DNA of 64,000 bases from positions 1,888,001-1,952,000 of the forward strand of contig OZ253665.1 in assembly GCA_965263295.1 (NCBI GenBank), read 5' to 3'. The first letter of the stretch is position 1; each line of letters starts with the position of its first letter. Both the position numbers and the translations under genes were made by a program. Of this stretch, positions 42,576 through 53,287 are shown in pieces. The stretch comes from Spirochaetia bacterium. GTDB taxonomy: Bacteria; Spirochaetota; Spirochaetia; SP-2023. The notes under the pieces were generated by a model, which worked only from the letters and a program-made list of their open reading frames with translations, was not told the DNA's origin and searched no databases.

Positions 42576-42705
42576 CTTGAAAAAAAAGACGGTCGCTTGA
42601 TTTTGTGCAGAAATGGTCTTAAAATAATTGCCAATTATATATTAATTTGCTATATTAATGTATAAATCTTTAAAATTTCGCATGGTATAAAGGAGAAAAA
42701 GAACA

Positions 42706-44359
42706 ATGAGTAGTAAACTTGCCCTTTTAAGCTACCTCAAGCTACCTCAAGCTACCTCAAGCTACCTCAAGCTACCTGGCGCTTGTAGCTTTTGCTCTCG
42801 TATTTGTGTTTTCGTCATGTGACGATCCAGTAAGCGACAAAAAGTTACCCCAAAAAAATGAATCCAGTGCCATTATGATTGCAGCGCTGAGGGATATGCT
42901 TGTTGAATTCCGCGAGCAACTTGTTGCATCGGGCCTTATGGAAAAAGAGGACGTCAATGAATTAGAGACATTAAACGGTTTAGAGTTAAAGAACAAGTTG
43001 GTTTCAACAGGCATCCTAGAAGAAACTGACGTCACCGCCCTTAACGGGTCAGGTAAAAAGGCATCCAGTAAAAAGGAATCCGGTGCAAAGGGCTCTAGTG
43101 CAAAAGGATCCAGTGCAAAGGAATCCGGTGCAGAAGGCTCCGGTGCACAGGCATCTAGTACAAAAGGCTCCGGTGCAGAGGAAAGCTCATTTGCCATTAC
43201 GCTTACAAAGCTGAAGGATATACTGGTTGAACACGATATCATAGAAAAAGATGACTTCGCTGGATTAAACGATTCAGAGTTAAAGAAAAAGTTGATTGAA
43301 AAAGAAATCCTGGAAGAAGCTGACGTCATAACCTTGCGCAATGAGCCCATTTCTCTGGATTTTTTAGAAGAGCTTAAAAAATTTGTTGAAAAAGCCTTTG
43401 CATATGCAATTTCAGATGACGAATCAAGGTCAATTTTTGCTGACGAAGATGGTAATCAAGTGACCGATTATGTTGGCAAAAATAATGATGTTGCCGCTGC
43501 AATTTTATATGACGAACATGGTAGAGGGGACATTCATCATGGTGGCAGAGGGACAGCTGAATTCGAAAAATATTATTCGAATTCAGAGGCAATTGGTGAC
43601 AGTATGAAAAAATCTATGAAAAACCTCCATGCTTATCTCCAAAAAATAGGGGAAAAGTCGGATAAATCTTCAAAATATCGACATCTTGCAGAAAATGAGG
43701 ATTTTATATTTTTAAAAGATGTAATAGATAAATTGTATATTAATATACTTAAATACGAACCGAGCACAGAAGAATATAGACAGGAAATGAAACGAGATAA
43801 GTACTTAAAAATTAGTTATCTGTATCATGAAGAGTACGAAAAAATTAGTTATCTGTATCACGAACCAAAAGAGTATGTCTATGCGGACCCGTTGGTAGGA
43901 CATGATTTATCAAACGAAAATAATGAGGATAAAGCGGTAGAAATTCTTCTCAAAGCCGCTGCAGGAGCAGGGTTTGAAATTTTGGATGGAATGTTAGAGT
44001 TTACCGAAAATAATAAATCTTTAATAAACGACCACTTATCGTATAATTTAATGACATTTAAATTGAAGAAATTTAAGAGAGTATCAGATCCTATAACAAT
44101 AGTATGTAAAAAAGATGAGGAATGTAAACCGGCAATAATAATTGAGGTAGGTGGGGAATTTAAACGGAAAACATATGTGGAAGATGAGATAGATGGGGAA
44201 CCTGAAATCAAACCGTATATGACAGATGTGGAAATTAAGAAAGCAAGGGAACTGGTGCGTTCTAACGGGGAAAAAGTAAAGGGTTTTGCGGAAGATATCC
44301 TAAATTCTTTACCAGAGGATTGGAAAAACGAATTTCGCGACAAATATGATGTGATATAA
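42706..44359 (+). CDS. Phase-variable lipoprotein paralog 1, frameshifted (OFF) by 4 x 10-bp repeats
   Basis: AAGGAG + ATG 42706; (GCTACCTCAA)4; the LALVAFALVFVFSSC frame is offset by 1 nt. Confidence 0.8.
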
Positions 44360-44594
44360 TTGGTATTTGTCCGTGGGACTCTTTAATTAATAAAGAAGCA
44401 CCAATAGGTAAAAGGCATTCCTTTGCCTATTGGTGGAATTTTTCTGCACCAATAATCGTTTTTGGTTATATATTTTTAGTACAATGAAGACGCAGATCGG
44501 CGTCTTACATTGAACAAAAGGAAGGAACTTCAGACGATGGGAAGAAGAATACGTTTATAAAAAAGAGTCATTTCTGGCATTCTCAGGAGCCCGT

Positions 44595-44901
44595 ATAAAA
44601 AATCCTAGTTAGCGGCTTTGAGCCCTTCGGAGGTGATAAAATCAATCCTGCGCTGGAAGCGGTCAGGCTCCTGGATGGCCGTCCATTGGATGGCGGCGAG
44701 GTTGTGATCTGCCAAGTACCGGTCGTTCGTTATAAATCTGTCGAAGTGGTAAAAAGGGCAATCGAAACCGAAAAACCAGATGCCGTTATCACGGTGGGTC
44801 AGGCGACTAATGGTTCTAGCCCAAGCATGGAGTTAGAGCAGATTGTTAAGGGATTACTGATTGCCGCTCAAAGCATTATTGATAATCAAAAAGACATTTA
44901 A
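44595..44901 (+). pseudogene. pcp: Pyroglutamyl-peptidase I remnant
   Basis: [18 protein letters not shown]...VITVGQA joined directly to PSMELEQI; start codon lost and catalytic core missing. Confidence 0.8.
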
Positions 44902-44904
44902 CAA

Positions 44905-46782
44905 TTACTGGCTGCAGTATTCAACCTCGCGCACAGAATTGAGGATATCCTGCTCTAGGCGACGAATTTCCGCCTGAGCTCGCTTTGCAGCTTCAGCGAC
45001 AGACCAGAAGACTTTAGGTTCGCCTTTGGCCGCTTTTTGCGAGCGCAAGCAAAATTCAAGGCCACCATTTTCCAGAGAACGCTTGCCGATTGTCAGGCGA
45101 ATCGGAATGCCGATCAGATCGGCATCCTTAAACTTGAAACCGGGGCTTTCCTCGCGATCGTCAAAGAGCACTTCCAGCCCTGCTGCCAGAAGGCTGTGGT
45201 AGACTTGCCCGGCCACATCCAGAACCTGCGGCTCTTTTTTGCCCGCCAAAGAAAGCAAATGGACTTGGTAAGGCGCGACACTGATTGGCCAAAGCAAACC
45301 GTCGGCATCATTATGTTGCTCGGCGATACAAGCAGCCAAGCGCCCGACACCTATGCCGTAAGAACCCATAAGGACCGGTTTTGGCCTGCCACTCTGATCG
45401 GTAAAAGAGCAGCCCATGGCCTCACTATAAAAAGTCCCAAGCTGAAAAATATTGCCAATTTCGACAGCTTTCGTACTTTGCAGCGGCGCAGCACAACGCA
45501 CGCACTGATGCCCCGCCGCCGCCGCACATAAATCACCGATGTAATCGGCCTCAAAGTCCCGGCCATAATTAAGCCCGCGCAAATGATAACCCTCTTTGTT
45601 GGCTCCCACAATCCAGTTATTGCCCTGAGTAATCAATTCATCGACAACCACAATGGGGCCTTTCAAGTCCGTCGAGTTTCTCGATTTCCTTAAATTCCTC
45701 AAATTTCTCAAATTTAACGGAGAGGCATAACCAGGAACGGCGCCAACGGCGCGGATTTCTTCATCCTCCGCCGGACGAAGTTCTTTGGCCCCCAGAATAG
45801 CCGCCAGCTTGGTTTCATTTAAGGTCATATCACCGGGCAAAGCCGCCGCCACCAGTCTACAATCATCTTCAGTCACTTTGGGCTTTGCGCCTGAATCTGC
45901 GCCTGACTCCGTTTCTACGGCGGCAAAACTAGCCACGAAAAAAACCATTTTGGCACACTCGCTGGCGCTTACTCCCAGAAAGGCCGAGACTTCGGCAATC
46001 GTCTTGCAGTTGGGCGTCGCGACTTGCTCTAGTGCGGCCGGCTCAGAAGGGGTCAACACCGGTTTGCGAAACTGGGCGATCTGGCGATTGGCACTGTAGT
46101 TGCACAAGGGACAAAATAAAACCGTATCCTCGCCAACCCCGCTGGCATACATAAATTCATGGGCAATACGGCCTCCCATCACGCCAGTGTCAGCAAGCAC
46201 AGCCATGGCGGGCAAGGCACAGCGGTCAAAAATGCGGAAATAAGCCCGGTAGTGCTTCTGATACTGCTCTTCAAGGCCTTCCCAGCTAGTGTCCAGCGAA
46301 TAACTATCCTTCATTACAAATTCACGCACGCGAATCAAACCCGCGCGCGGGCGCGGGTCATCGCGCCATTTGGTTTGCAGATGATACACGAGGCGAGGCA
46401 AGTCACGGTAACTGTGAATGCACTGTCGCGCCAAGTCGGCAAGCGCTTCTTCGTGAGTCATCGCAAGCGCCATATCGTGCCCCTTGCGATCGACAAAGCG
46501 CCCCATTTCGGCGCCAATCTTGTTCCAGCGTCCGCTCTGCCGCCACAAGTCGGCCGGTTGGGCCACCGGCATGCAAACTTCCTGGGCGCCGATGGCTTCC
46601 ATTTCTTCACGCAAAATAGTCGATATTTTTTGCATCACACGCAGGCCCAATGGCAAATAGCTAAAAATACCTGCCGCAACCTGGTGGATATATCCGGCGC
46701 GCAACAATAGTTCATGGCTGCGAACGCCCGCGCCCGCAGGAACTTCCTTGCGCGTCTGGCCAATTAGTTGCGACATTTTCAT
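44905..46782 (-). CDS. proS: Proline--tRNA ligase with editing domain
   Basis: RPRAGLIRVREFVMKDSYS, EIGNIFQLG, MGSYGIGVGR, KFKDADLIGIP. Confidence 0.95.
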   Translation of the reverse strand: MKMSQLIGQTRKEVPAGAGVRSHELLLRAGYIHQVAAGIFSYLPLGLRVMQKISTILREEMEAIGAQEVCMPVAQPADLWRQSGRWNKIGAEMGRFVDRKGHDMALAMTHEEALADLARQCIHSYRDLPRLVYHLQTKWRDDPRPRAGLIRVREFVMKDSYSLDTSWEGLEEQYQKHYRAYFRIFDRCALPAMAVLADTGVMGGRIAHEFMYASGVGEDTVLFCPLCNYSANRQIAQFRKPVLTPSEPAALEQVATPNCKTIAEVSAFLGVSASECAKMVFFVASFAAVETESGADSGAKPKVTEDDCRLVAAALPGDMTLNETKLAAILGAKELRPAEDEEIRAVGAVPGYASPLNLRNLRNLRKSRNSTDLKGPIVVVDELITQGNNWIVGANKEGYHLRGLNYGRDFEADYIGDLCAAAAGHQCVRCAAPLQSTKAVEIGNIFQLGTFYSEAMGCSFTDQSGRPKPVLMGSYGIGVGRLAACIAEQHNDADGLLWPISVAPYQVHLLSLAGKKEPQVLDVAGQVYHSLLAAGLEVLFDDREESPGFKFKDADLIGIPIRLTIGKRSLENGGLEFCLRSQKAAKGEPKVFWSVAEAAKRAQAEIRRLEQDILNSVREVEYCSQ

Positions 46783-46995
46783 GGCGCCGTATTATGCGTA
46801 TTTCAAAGCCGTGAGTAAAGGGATAAAATCAAGTTCCACAAGACTTAGGCAAACCACCCAAGTTCGCGAGTGGAAGCGAGTGCCCCGCCCGCACGCGGGC
46901 CCAAATTAAAATTTAATGGAGGAGTTAATGCACTGCCAGTCGCGCTTGAATTTAATTCTTGCCATCCTGATGGCCGTTTTCGACGCAGTTAGAGC

Positions 46996-47679
46996 TTAAC
47001 GCTGTAAAGCTTCCTGCAAGAATACGATCTCGGCCTTTTGGACGGTGGCGCTAACATCGCGCGGTGGATCCTGGGCCACATCTAAAGCTGTGCGCCCTTG
47101 CTTGTCCCGCACATTGATTTGAGCTCCGGAATCTATTAATAAGCGGCTTTGTGGCAGAGCCTCAGAGCCGGCAGCCCAATGCAACGGAGTACTACCTAAA
47201 TTGTTTGCTTTATTCACATCGGCTCCAGCGGCGAGCAAAGTACTCAAAACCCGTGCATTATTGTTAAAACCTGCGGCCATATGAATGGGACGACTGCCCA
47301 TTTGATTTTCAGACTCAAGCCCGGCTCCTTGCTGCAGCAGAAAATCCAAGACTTCGGGACGATTAAAACCCGCGGCTAAAAACAGTGGAGTGCGACCATT
47401 GCTATCGCGCACATCAATATTGCCATCGCGTTCCAGTATATGCCTAGACAAAGCCACCGAGCCCCAGCCCGCCGCGTAATGCAGGTCGCTCAAAGTATCA
47501 AATTGCAGGTAATCCTTCAGCAGGGAACGCCGGGCGGCTTGCTTGGCTCTCTCTAATTCGGCTTCCCAGTCGGGAACAGATTGAAGCTTTGTTGCACTTT
47601 CTGTCACTTTAGTACTCGCACATGAAAAAAACAACAAGAGCGTTAAGCAGCAAAGCCAGATATTTATTTTGTATTCCAA
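46996..47679 (-). CDS. Ankyrin-repeat lipoprotein
   Basis: LLLFFSC; GRTPLFLAA, GSRPIHMAA, GSTPLHWAA repeats. Confidence 0.85.
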   Translation of the reverse strand: MEYKINIWLCCLTLLLFFSCASTKVTESATKLQSVPDWEAELERAKQAARRSLLKDYLQFDTLSDLHYAAGWGSVALSRHILERDGNIDVRDSNGRTPLFLAAGFNRPEVLDFLLQQGAGLESENQMGSRPIHMAAGFNNNARVLSTLLAAGADVNKANNLGSTPLHWAAGSEALPQSRLLIDSGAQINVRDKQGRTALDVAQDPPRDVSATVQKAEIVFLQEALQR

Positions 47680-47785
47680 TATTTTGTCCTCCGATTATCC
47701 ATTTTACATTAAGCAACCACAGCTTTAGCGGGCAATTTTAACGGATAACTTGCACTTTCAACCCGGCCTTTGTACATTTCTCTCA

Positions 47786-48961
47786 ATGGCTTACAAAAGT
47801 ATCCGCTTTTACAATTTTCGCAATCTGGCCGACCGCGAGATAGAGCTCAATGGCAAGATTTTCTATCTAATCGGCGAAAATGGCGCAGGCAAAAGCTCTT
47901 TCCTGGAAGCTCTGTACTTGTTAAGCTACGGCTCCTCATTTCGCGAAAAAAACCTAGAGCACTGCTTGCGCGAAAATTCCTCACCCTTGGCCATCAGCGG
48001 CAAGCTAGAGCAGCGAGGCCAGCCATACAAAATCCAGCTGCATTATAGCAGAGAAAGCTCAAAAAAAGCACCAGGGCAGAAGCAAATTAGCCTGGACGGC
48101 AAGCGCCTACAAGATCGCAAAGAACTATTGCAGCTCGCCCCAAGCATTATATTTTCCAGCAGTGACATTACTTATATCAAGGGTAGCCCCAGAGACAAGC
48201 GCCAGTTTATCGACCAAACGATCAGCCTGATCGACCCTACATACATCGACTTGGTGCGCAACTATACGCGCAACTTATTACAGCGCAACTGGATACTCAA
48301 AGACAGGCAGCCGAACCTCTTGCCAACCTATACTCTGCAGATGGCCGAAATGGGCCTAGAGATACAACGCCGCCGCACATTGAATATAGCCCGGCTCTCG
48401 GAAATATTTTCCAAGCTTTTCCATCATGTCTCCAACTTTGATACCCCCGTAACGATAGATTACCAGCCATCGTGGCCACATTTTTTAGTCGAATTAAATG
48501 CCGATAAAGCCCTGCAACACTGCCTTGAATACATAGAGCAACGCCAGCAACGTGATATTTTATCAGGTTCAAGCCAGAATGGCCCCCATCGCGACCAAAT
48601 TCAATTTAATTTTTCCAAAGGAGATCTTGAAAATAAAACAAGAGATAACTCAACTGCCGAGTTCGCCAAAGACTTTACCAAATGGGCTTCTTCGGGCCAA
48701 CTGCGCCTGGCGGCCCTCGCTCTAAAAAGCGCTCAAGCCAATTATCTGCAACAGAATGCCGATTCTCCCGGCGTTTTGTTATTAGACGATGTCCTCCTAG
48801 AGATGGACAGTACCCGCCGCAAATTATTTCTGGCGAGCCTTCCGCCCCACCGACAGGCTTTCTTTACCTTGTTGCCCAACGAAGATTACCAAAGTTATCC
48901 CTTTTCTCAGTACCAGGTTTTCCAAATACAGAAGGGCCAAGTTAGTTCCTTTGTTACATAA
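47786..48961 (+). CDS. recF: DNA replication/repair protein RecF
   Basis: NFRNL, GENGAGKS, GPHRD, ASSGQ, LLLDDVLLEMD. Confidence 0.92.
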   Translation: MAYKSIRFYNFRNLADREIELNGKIFYLIGENGAGKSSFLEALYLLSYGSSFREKNLEHCLRENSSPLAISGKLEQRGQPYKIQLHYSRESSKKAPGQKQISLDGKRLQDRKELLQLAPSIIFSSSDITYIKGSPRDKRQFIDQTISLIDPTYIDLVRNYTRNLLQRNWILKDRQPNLLPTYTLQMAEMGLEIQRRRTLNIARLSEIFSKLFHHVSNFDTPVTIDYQPSWPHFLVELNADKALQHCLEYIEQRQQRDILSGSSQNGPHRDQIQFNFSKGDLENKTRDNSTAEFAKDFTKWASSGQLRLAALALKSAQANYLQQNADSPGVLLLDDVLLEMDSTRRKLFLASLPPHRQAFFTLLPNEDYQSYPFSQYQVFQIQKGQVSSFVT

Positions 48962-48992
48962 AAAAGGCATATAGTTATTGACTTAATTAATA

Positions 48993-49270
48993 TCACGAAA
49001 GGGGGACCACGAAAAGGCACGAAGACGGCGAAAGAGTAACCACGAAAGGGGGACCACGAAATTACACGAAAACAGCGAAATGTCACGAAAGTTAGGTAGG
49101 GGAGCCGCGGGTGGAACATGGGGAGCTTTGGGCGCCAGGGGAAAGAAGAAAATGAGGCTGGATGGATGACGGGAGGCGTGGGGGCGTCCAGGCGGATGGG
49201 CGCGGTGTTTTAGAATTTTCGTGTTGTTCGTATTTTTTTTTGGTGTTTTTCGTGGTTACTTTGCCAGAGA
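48993..49270 (-). repeat. Inverted-arm element in opposite orientation
   Basis: Reverse complement of the A arm (..TTTTCGTGGTTACTTTGCCAGAGA) and of B arms. Confidence 0.88.
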
Positions 49271-49276
49271 ATAACT

Positions 49277-49349
49277 TCGGGGTGGAGGGACTTGAACCCC
49301 CGATCTTCTGCTCCCAAAGCAGACGCCTTAGCCACTAGGCCACACCCCG
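49277..49349 (-). tRNA. tRNA-Pro (TGG), CCA not encoded
   Basis: CGGGGTG acceptor, TCTGC-TTTGGGA-GCAGA anticodon arm, GGTTCAAGTCC T arm; TTGACA promoter upstream. Confidence 0.95.
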
Positions 49350-49614
49350 ATTGGCTAGGATATTAACGAATTCTGGGGCTTTGTCAATCAGAGGCGAGTT
49401 CCCTTTGCTTGTTGTCGTTAATTCAGTTTTAGAGTCCCTGGCCGAGTAACAACGAAGAACTCACTGGTTTTAATTATCGCAGCCGTCTTGAAAAAAGACG
49501 GGTGCTTGATTTTGTGCAGAAATGGTCTTAAAATAATTGCCAATTATATATTAATTTGCTATATTAATGTATAAATCTTTAAAATTTCGCATGGTATAAA
49601 GGAGAAAAAGAACA

Positions 49615-51257
49615 ATGAGTAGTAAACTTGCCCTTTTAAGCTACCTCAAGCTACCTCAAGCTACCTCAAGCTACCTCAAGCTACCTCAAGCTACCTCAAG
49701 CTACCTCAAGCTACCTCAAGCTACCTCAAGCTACCTCAAGCTACCTCAAGCTACCTCAAGCTACCTCAAGCTACCTCAAGCTACCTGGCGCTTGTAGCTT
49801 TTGCTCTCGTATTTGTGTTTTCGTCATGTGACGATCCAGTAAGCGACAAAAAGTTACCCCAAAAAAATGAATCCAGTGCCATTACGGTTGCAGCGCTGAG
49901 GGATATGCTTGTTGAATTCCGCGAGCAACTTGTTGCATCGAAACTTATGACAAAAGAGGACGTCAATGAATTAGAGACATTAAACGGTTTAGAGTTAAAG
50001 AACAAGTTGGTTTCAACAGGCATCCTAGAAGAAACTGACGTCACCGCCCTTAACGGGTCAGGTAAAAAGGCATCCAGTAAAAAGGAATCCGGTGCAGAAG
50101 GATCCAGTGCACAGGCATCCAGTAAAAAGGAATCCAGTAAAAAGGAATCCAGTGAGAAGGAATCCGGTGCAGAAGGCTCCGGTGCAAAAGAAAGCGCATT
50201 TGCCATTACGCTTACAAAGCTGAAGGATATACTTGTTGACAACAAGATCATAGAAGAAGCTGAAGTCGCTGGATTAGACGATTCAGGTTTAAAGGAAAAG
50301 TTGCTTGAAAAGGAAATCCTGGAAGAAGCTGACGTCATAACCTTGCGCAAGCCAGAGTCGACGAAGGAACCTATTTCTCTGGATTTTTTAGAAGAGCTTA
50401 AAAAATTTGTTGAAAAAGTCTCTGCATATTCAATTTCAGATGGCAAATCAAGGTCAATTTTCGATGACGAAGACGGTAAAGAGATATACGATTATGTAAT
50501 CGGAGAGAGAGACGTAACGCCGAAATCGCAAGCACATCTTGCCGTAAGAAGAAGAATTGTTAATGATGCTAAAAATACCATAAAGAATTCTACTACTACA
50601 TTGAAAAAAATAGATCATAAATTGGCCAATTCTCCGAAATATCAAATTTTAGCAACAGATGAAAATTTTATAGGACTGAAAGATTTAGTTGATAAAGTGT
50701 ATAGTGATATACTTAAAAGCGAAACTCAAGATCAAGAAGGTCCAACTTATCCCGATGAAGTTTTTGAACCGTATAAATATTCTGACCCCTTGATTGAATA
50801 CAATCTTTCACAAGAGGAAAATGAGGATAAAGCGGTAGAAATTCTTCTCAAAGCCACTGCAGGAGCAGGGTTTGAATTTTTGGATGAAGTGTTAGAGATT
50901 ACCGAAAATAATAAATCTTTAATAAACGACCACTTATCGTATAATTTAATGACATTTAAATTGAAGAAATTTAAGAGAGTATCAGATCCTATAACAATAG
51001 TATGTAAAAAAGATGAGGAATGTAAACCGGCAATATTAATTGAGGTAGATGGGAAATTTAAACGGAAAACATATGAGGAAGATGAGATAGATGGGGAACC
51101 TGAAATCAAACCGTATATGACAGATGTGGAAATTAAGAAAGCAAGGGAACTGGTGCGTTCTAACGGGGAAAAAGTAAAGGGTTTTGCGGAAGATATCCTA
51201 AATTCTTTACCAGAGGATTGGAAAAACGAATTTCGCGACAAATATGATGTGATATAA
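49615..51257 (+). CDS. Phase-variable lipoprotein paralog 2, frameshifted (OFF) by 14 x 10-bp repeats
   Basis: ATG 49615; (GCTACCTCAA)14; mature frame offset by 2 nt. Confidence 0.8.
49640..49786 (+). repeat. Decanucleotide tandem repeat (GCTACCTCAA)14 plus partial copy
   Basis: Direct count. Confidence 0.92.
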
Positions 51258-51372
51258 GCGTCGGTTCATTGAATAAAATATTGCCAGCGGGTTCGCCGGC
51301 CGATGTATGCCATTGTATCCTTTTATATCCCTTGGGCTACGGTCTGGTGAATCTGGAGACAGGAGAAGATAA

Positions 51373-52125
51373 ATGCTGATCGAAGTTTGTTGCGGGTCCG
51401 TCGATGATGCCATTTGTTCACAAGAGGCTGGCGCCCAGCGGGTTGAACTGAATTCCTCAATGTTCCTCGGTGGAATCACACCGAGCCTGGGGGCGCTCAT
51501 CGAGGCGAAGCAATCCCTGCACATTCCTGTGGTTGCAATGATACGGCCGCGGAATGGCGGATTCTGTTACACAGACAGCGAATTCAAAGTGATGCAGCAC
51601 GATGCCAAAGCTTTTATCGACGCGGGAGCCGACGGCATTATTTTTGGAATTTTAGAGCCAGATGGCGGCATAGATCGACGACGGAACCGCATTTTGGCGG
51701 AGCTTGGTCAAAAGGCTGGTATTGACGTGGCCTTTCACCGGGCATTTGATGTCGTGCCCGACTGGCGAGCGGCCCTGGAAGAGCTCATAGCGCTGGGCAT
51801 TCAGCGGATTTTGACCACGGGGCAACGCGCCCGGATTGAAGATGGCGCGCATACGGTTCGGCAAATCGTTCAGCAGGCGGACGGGCGCATTGAAATCCTG
51901 CCTGGGGGAATGCGCCCCGACAACATTTGCCCGCTTTCGACTTACATGGGCACAAATCAGGCCCATATTGCCTCTTTTACGGCTCAGCGCGATACGTCCT
52001 GCCAGCACAATCAGGAGCTGTATTTTGGCGGCGCCCTGTATCCGCCCGAAATGCGCTTTGACACAATTGATCCGGGTTTTATCGCGGCGACACTGGCCGA
52101 GCTAAAAAACTTGCAGAAAGATTGA
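51373..52125 (+). CDS. cutC: Copper homeostasis protein CutC
   Basis: EVCC, GGITPS, MIRPRNGGFCY, FHRAFD, RILTTG. Confidence 0.92.
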   Translation: MLIEVCCGSVDDAICSQEAGAQRVELNSSMFLGGITPSLGALIEAKQSLHIPVVAMIRPRNGGFCYTDSEFKVMQHDAKAFIDAGADGIIFGILEPDGGIDRRRNRILAELGQKAGIDVAFHRAFDVVPDWRAALEELIALGIQRILTTGQRARIEDGAHTVRQIVQQADGRIEILPGGMRPDNICPLSTYMGTNQAHIASFTAQRDTSCQHNQELYFGGALYPPEMRFDTIDPGFIAATLAELKNLQKD

Positions 52126-52170
52126 CATGCCTCAACATTGCCATTTGACGGTCATTGACGGCCGTTGACA

Positions 52171-53241
52171 TTATTCCTGACATTTGGGGCAATAATATGT
52201 CGCCCGCTGACCCTGCACGACTTTGGCGATTTTCCCTGCACAGTCTGGCCTCGGGCAGGGTTCCCCTTCCTTCCCGTAGGCGTGAAGTTCCCGCTGAAAA
52301 TACCCCGGCCGGCCCTGCACGCTGCGGAAATCTTTTAGCGTGGTGCCGCCGGCGGCTATTGCCGCGCCCATTGTCTGCTTTACGGCCAGGGCCAGGCTCG
52401 CCGCCTGCAGGCGACTCAATTGGCCGCTCTCTTTAAAAGGAGACAACTTGGCCAGCCAAAGGCTTTCCGAACAATAAATATTGCCTACGCCACACACCGC
52501 CTTCCCGGCCAGCAGCCAGGGTTTTAATTGGCCGCGCAAGTTGCGCGAGGCCTGGTACAAGTGCGCGCCCAAATCCTCAACCACGGCCGCCGGCTCCAGG
52601 GCCAAGCTGAGCGGAGCCGCATATTCTGAAAGGGGTTCGGGGCCGAGCTTTGCCAAACCGGGCCTATTTTTAAAATCATCGCGTTGCCCTAGGCAGTTTT
52701 CCCAGCTCCAAAAACCAAAGCGGCGGGCGTCATTGTACAACAGGTAATAATTCTGGATATTTGCCCCTCCTTGCCCATGCCGTCGCAACTGCAAGTACAG
52801 GTGGTCGTGCTTGGCCAGCTCGCTGGGCGCGTGATTGCGGACCCGCAATATCCCGCTCATCCCTAAGTGCACAATAATGCGCGTCAAGCTCAGGGGCAGA
52901 ACCGGCTGCGGGCCGAGCTTTTTTATTTGCCGCACCCAGTAGTCCATCCTGAACCTTGGCTCGCTACCGAAGTACAGCAGCAAATACTTGCCCCGCCGTT
53001 CCACACTGAGCAAATAATGGCCTTGTAGTTTTTGCAGTTCGGCGATGGGCACAGGGTAACGCAGCTTTTTACGGCCAAAGTACCAGCCTTGCAGCCGGAG
53101 AAAAGACCGGGGCAAAGACTGAGCTAAATCTTGGGTTGAACTTTGCTCCACGGCGCTCGCCGGGCCGCCGGCATTGGGCTCGTCTGCCAGCGCGGCCAAA
53201 AGACTGCAGCGGATAGTTTCGACTTCTGGTAATTCAGGCAT
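52171..53241 (-). CDS. mutM: Formamidopyrimidine-DNA glycosylase
   Basis: MPELPEVET, RRGKYL, HLGMSG, GVGNIY, C-terminal zinc finger. Confidence 0.93.
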   Translation of the reverse strand: MPELPEVETIRCSLLAALADEPNAGGPASAVEQSSTQDLAQSLPRSFLRLQGWYFGRKKLRYPVPIAELQKLQGHYLLSVERRGKYLLLYFGSEPRFRMDYWVRQIKKLGPQPVLPLSLTRIIVHLGMSGILRVRNHAPSELAKHDHLYLQLRRHGQGGANIQNYYLLYNDARRFGFWSWENCLGQRDDFKNRPGLAKLGPEPLSEYAAPLSLALEPAAVVEDLGAHLYQASRNLRGQLKPWLLAGKAVCGVGNIYCSESLWLAKLSPFKESGQLSRLQAASLALAVKQTMGAAIAAGGTTLKDFRSVQGRPGYFQRELHAYGKEGEPCPRPDCAGKIAKVVQGQRATYYCPKCQE

Positions 53242-53287
53242 GGGTATTCATGGGTATTGGGGGTATTTTTCGCGCGAGGTTTTTCGA

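Noticed and set aside
49277..49349. tRNA-Pro as the attachment site of an integrated island
   Set aside because: No duplicated tRNA 3' end or integrase found in the window
42706..51257. Diversity-generating retroelement behind the paralog variation
   Set aside because: No reverse transcriptase, and differences are block replacements rather than adenine-specific changes
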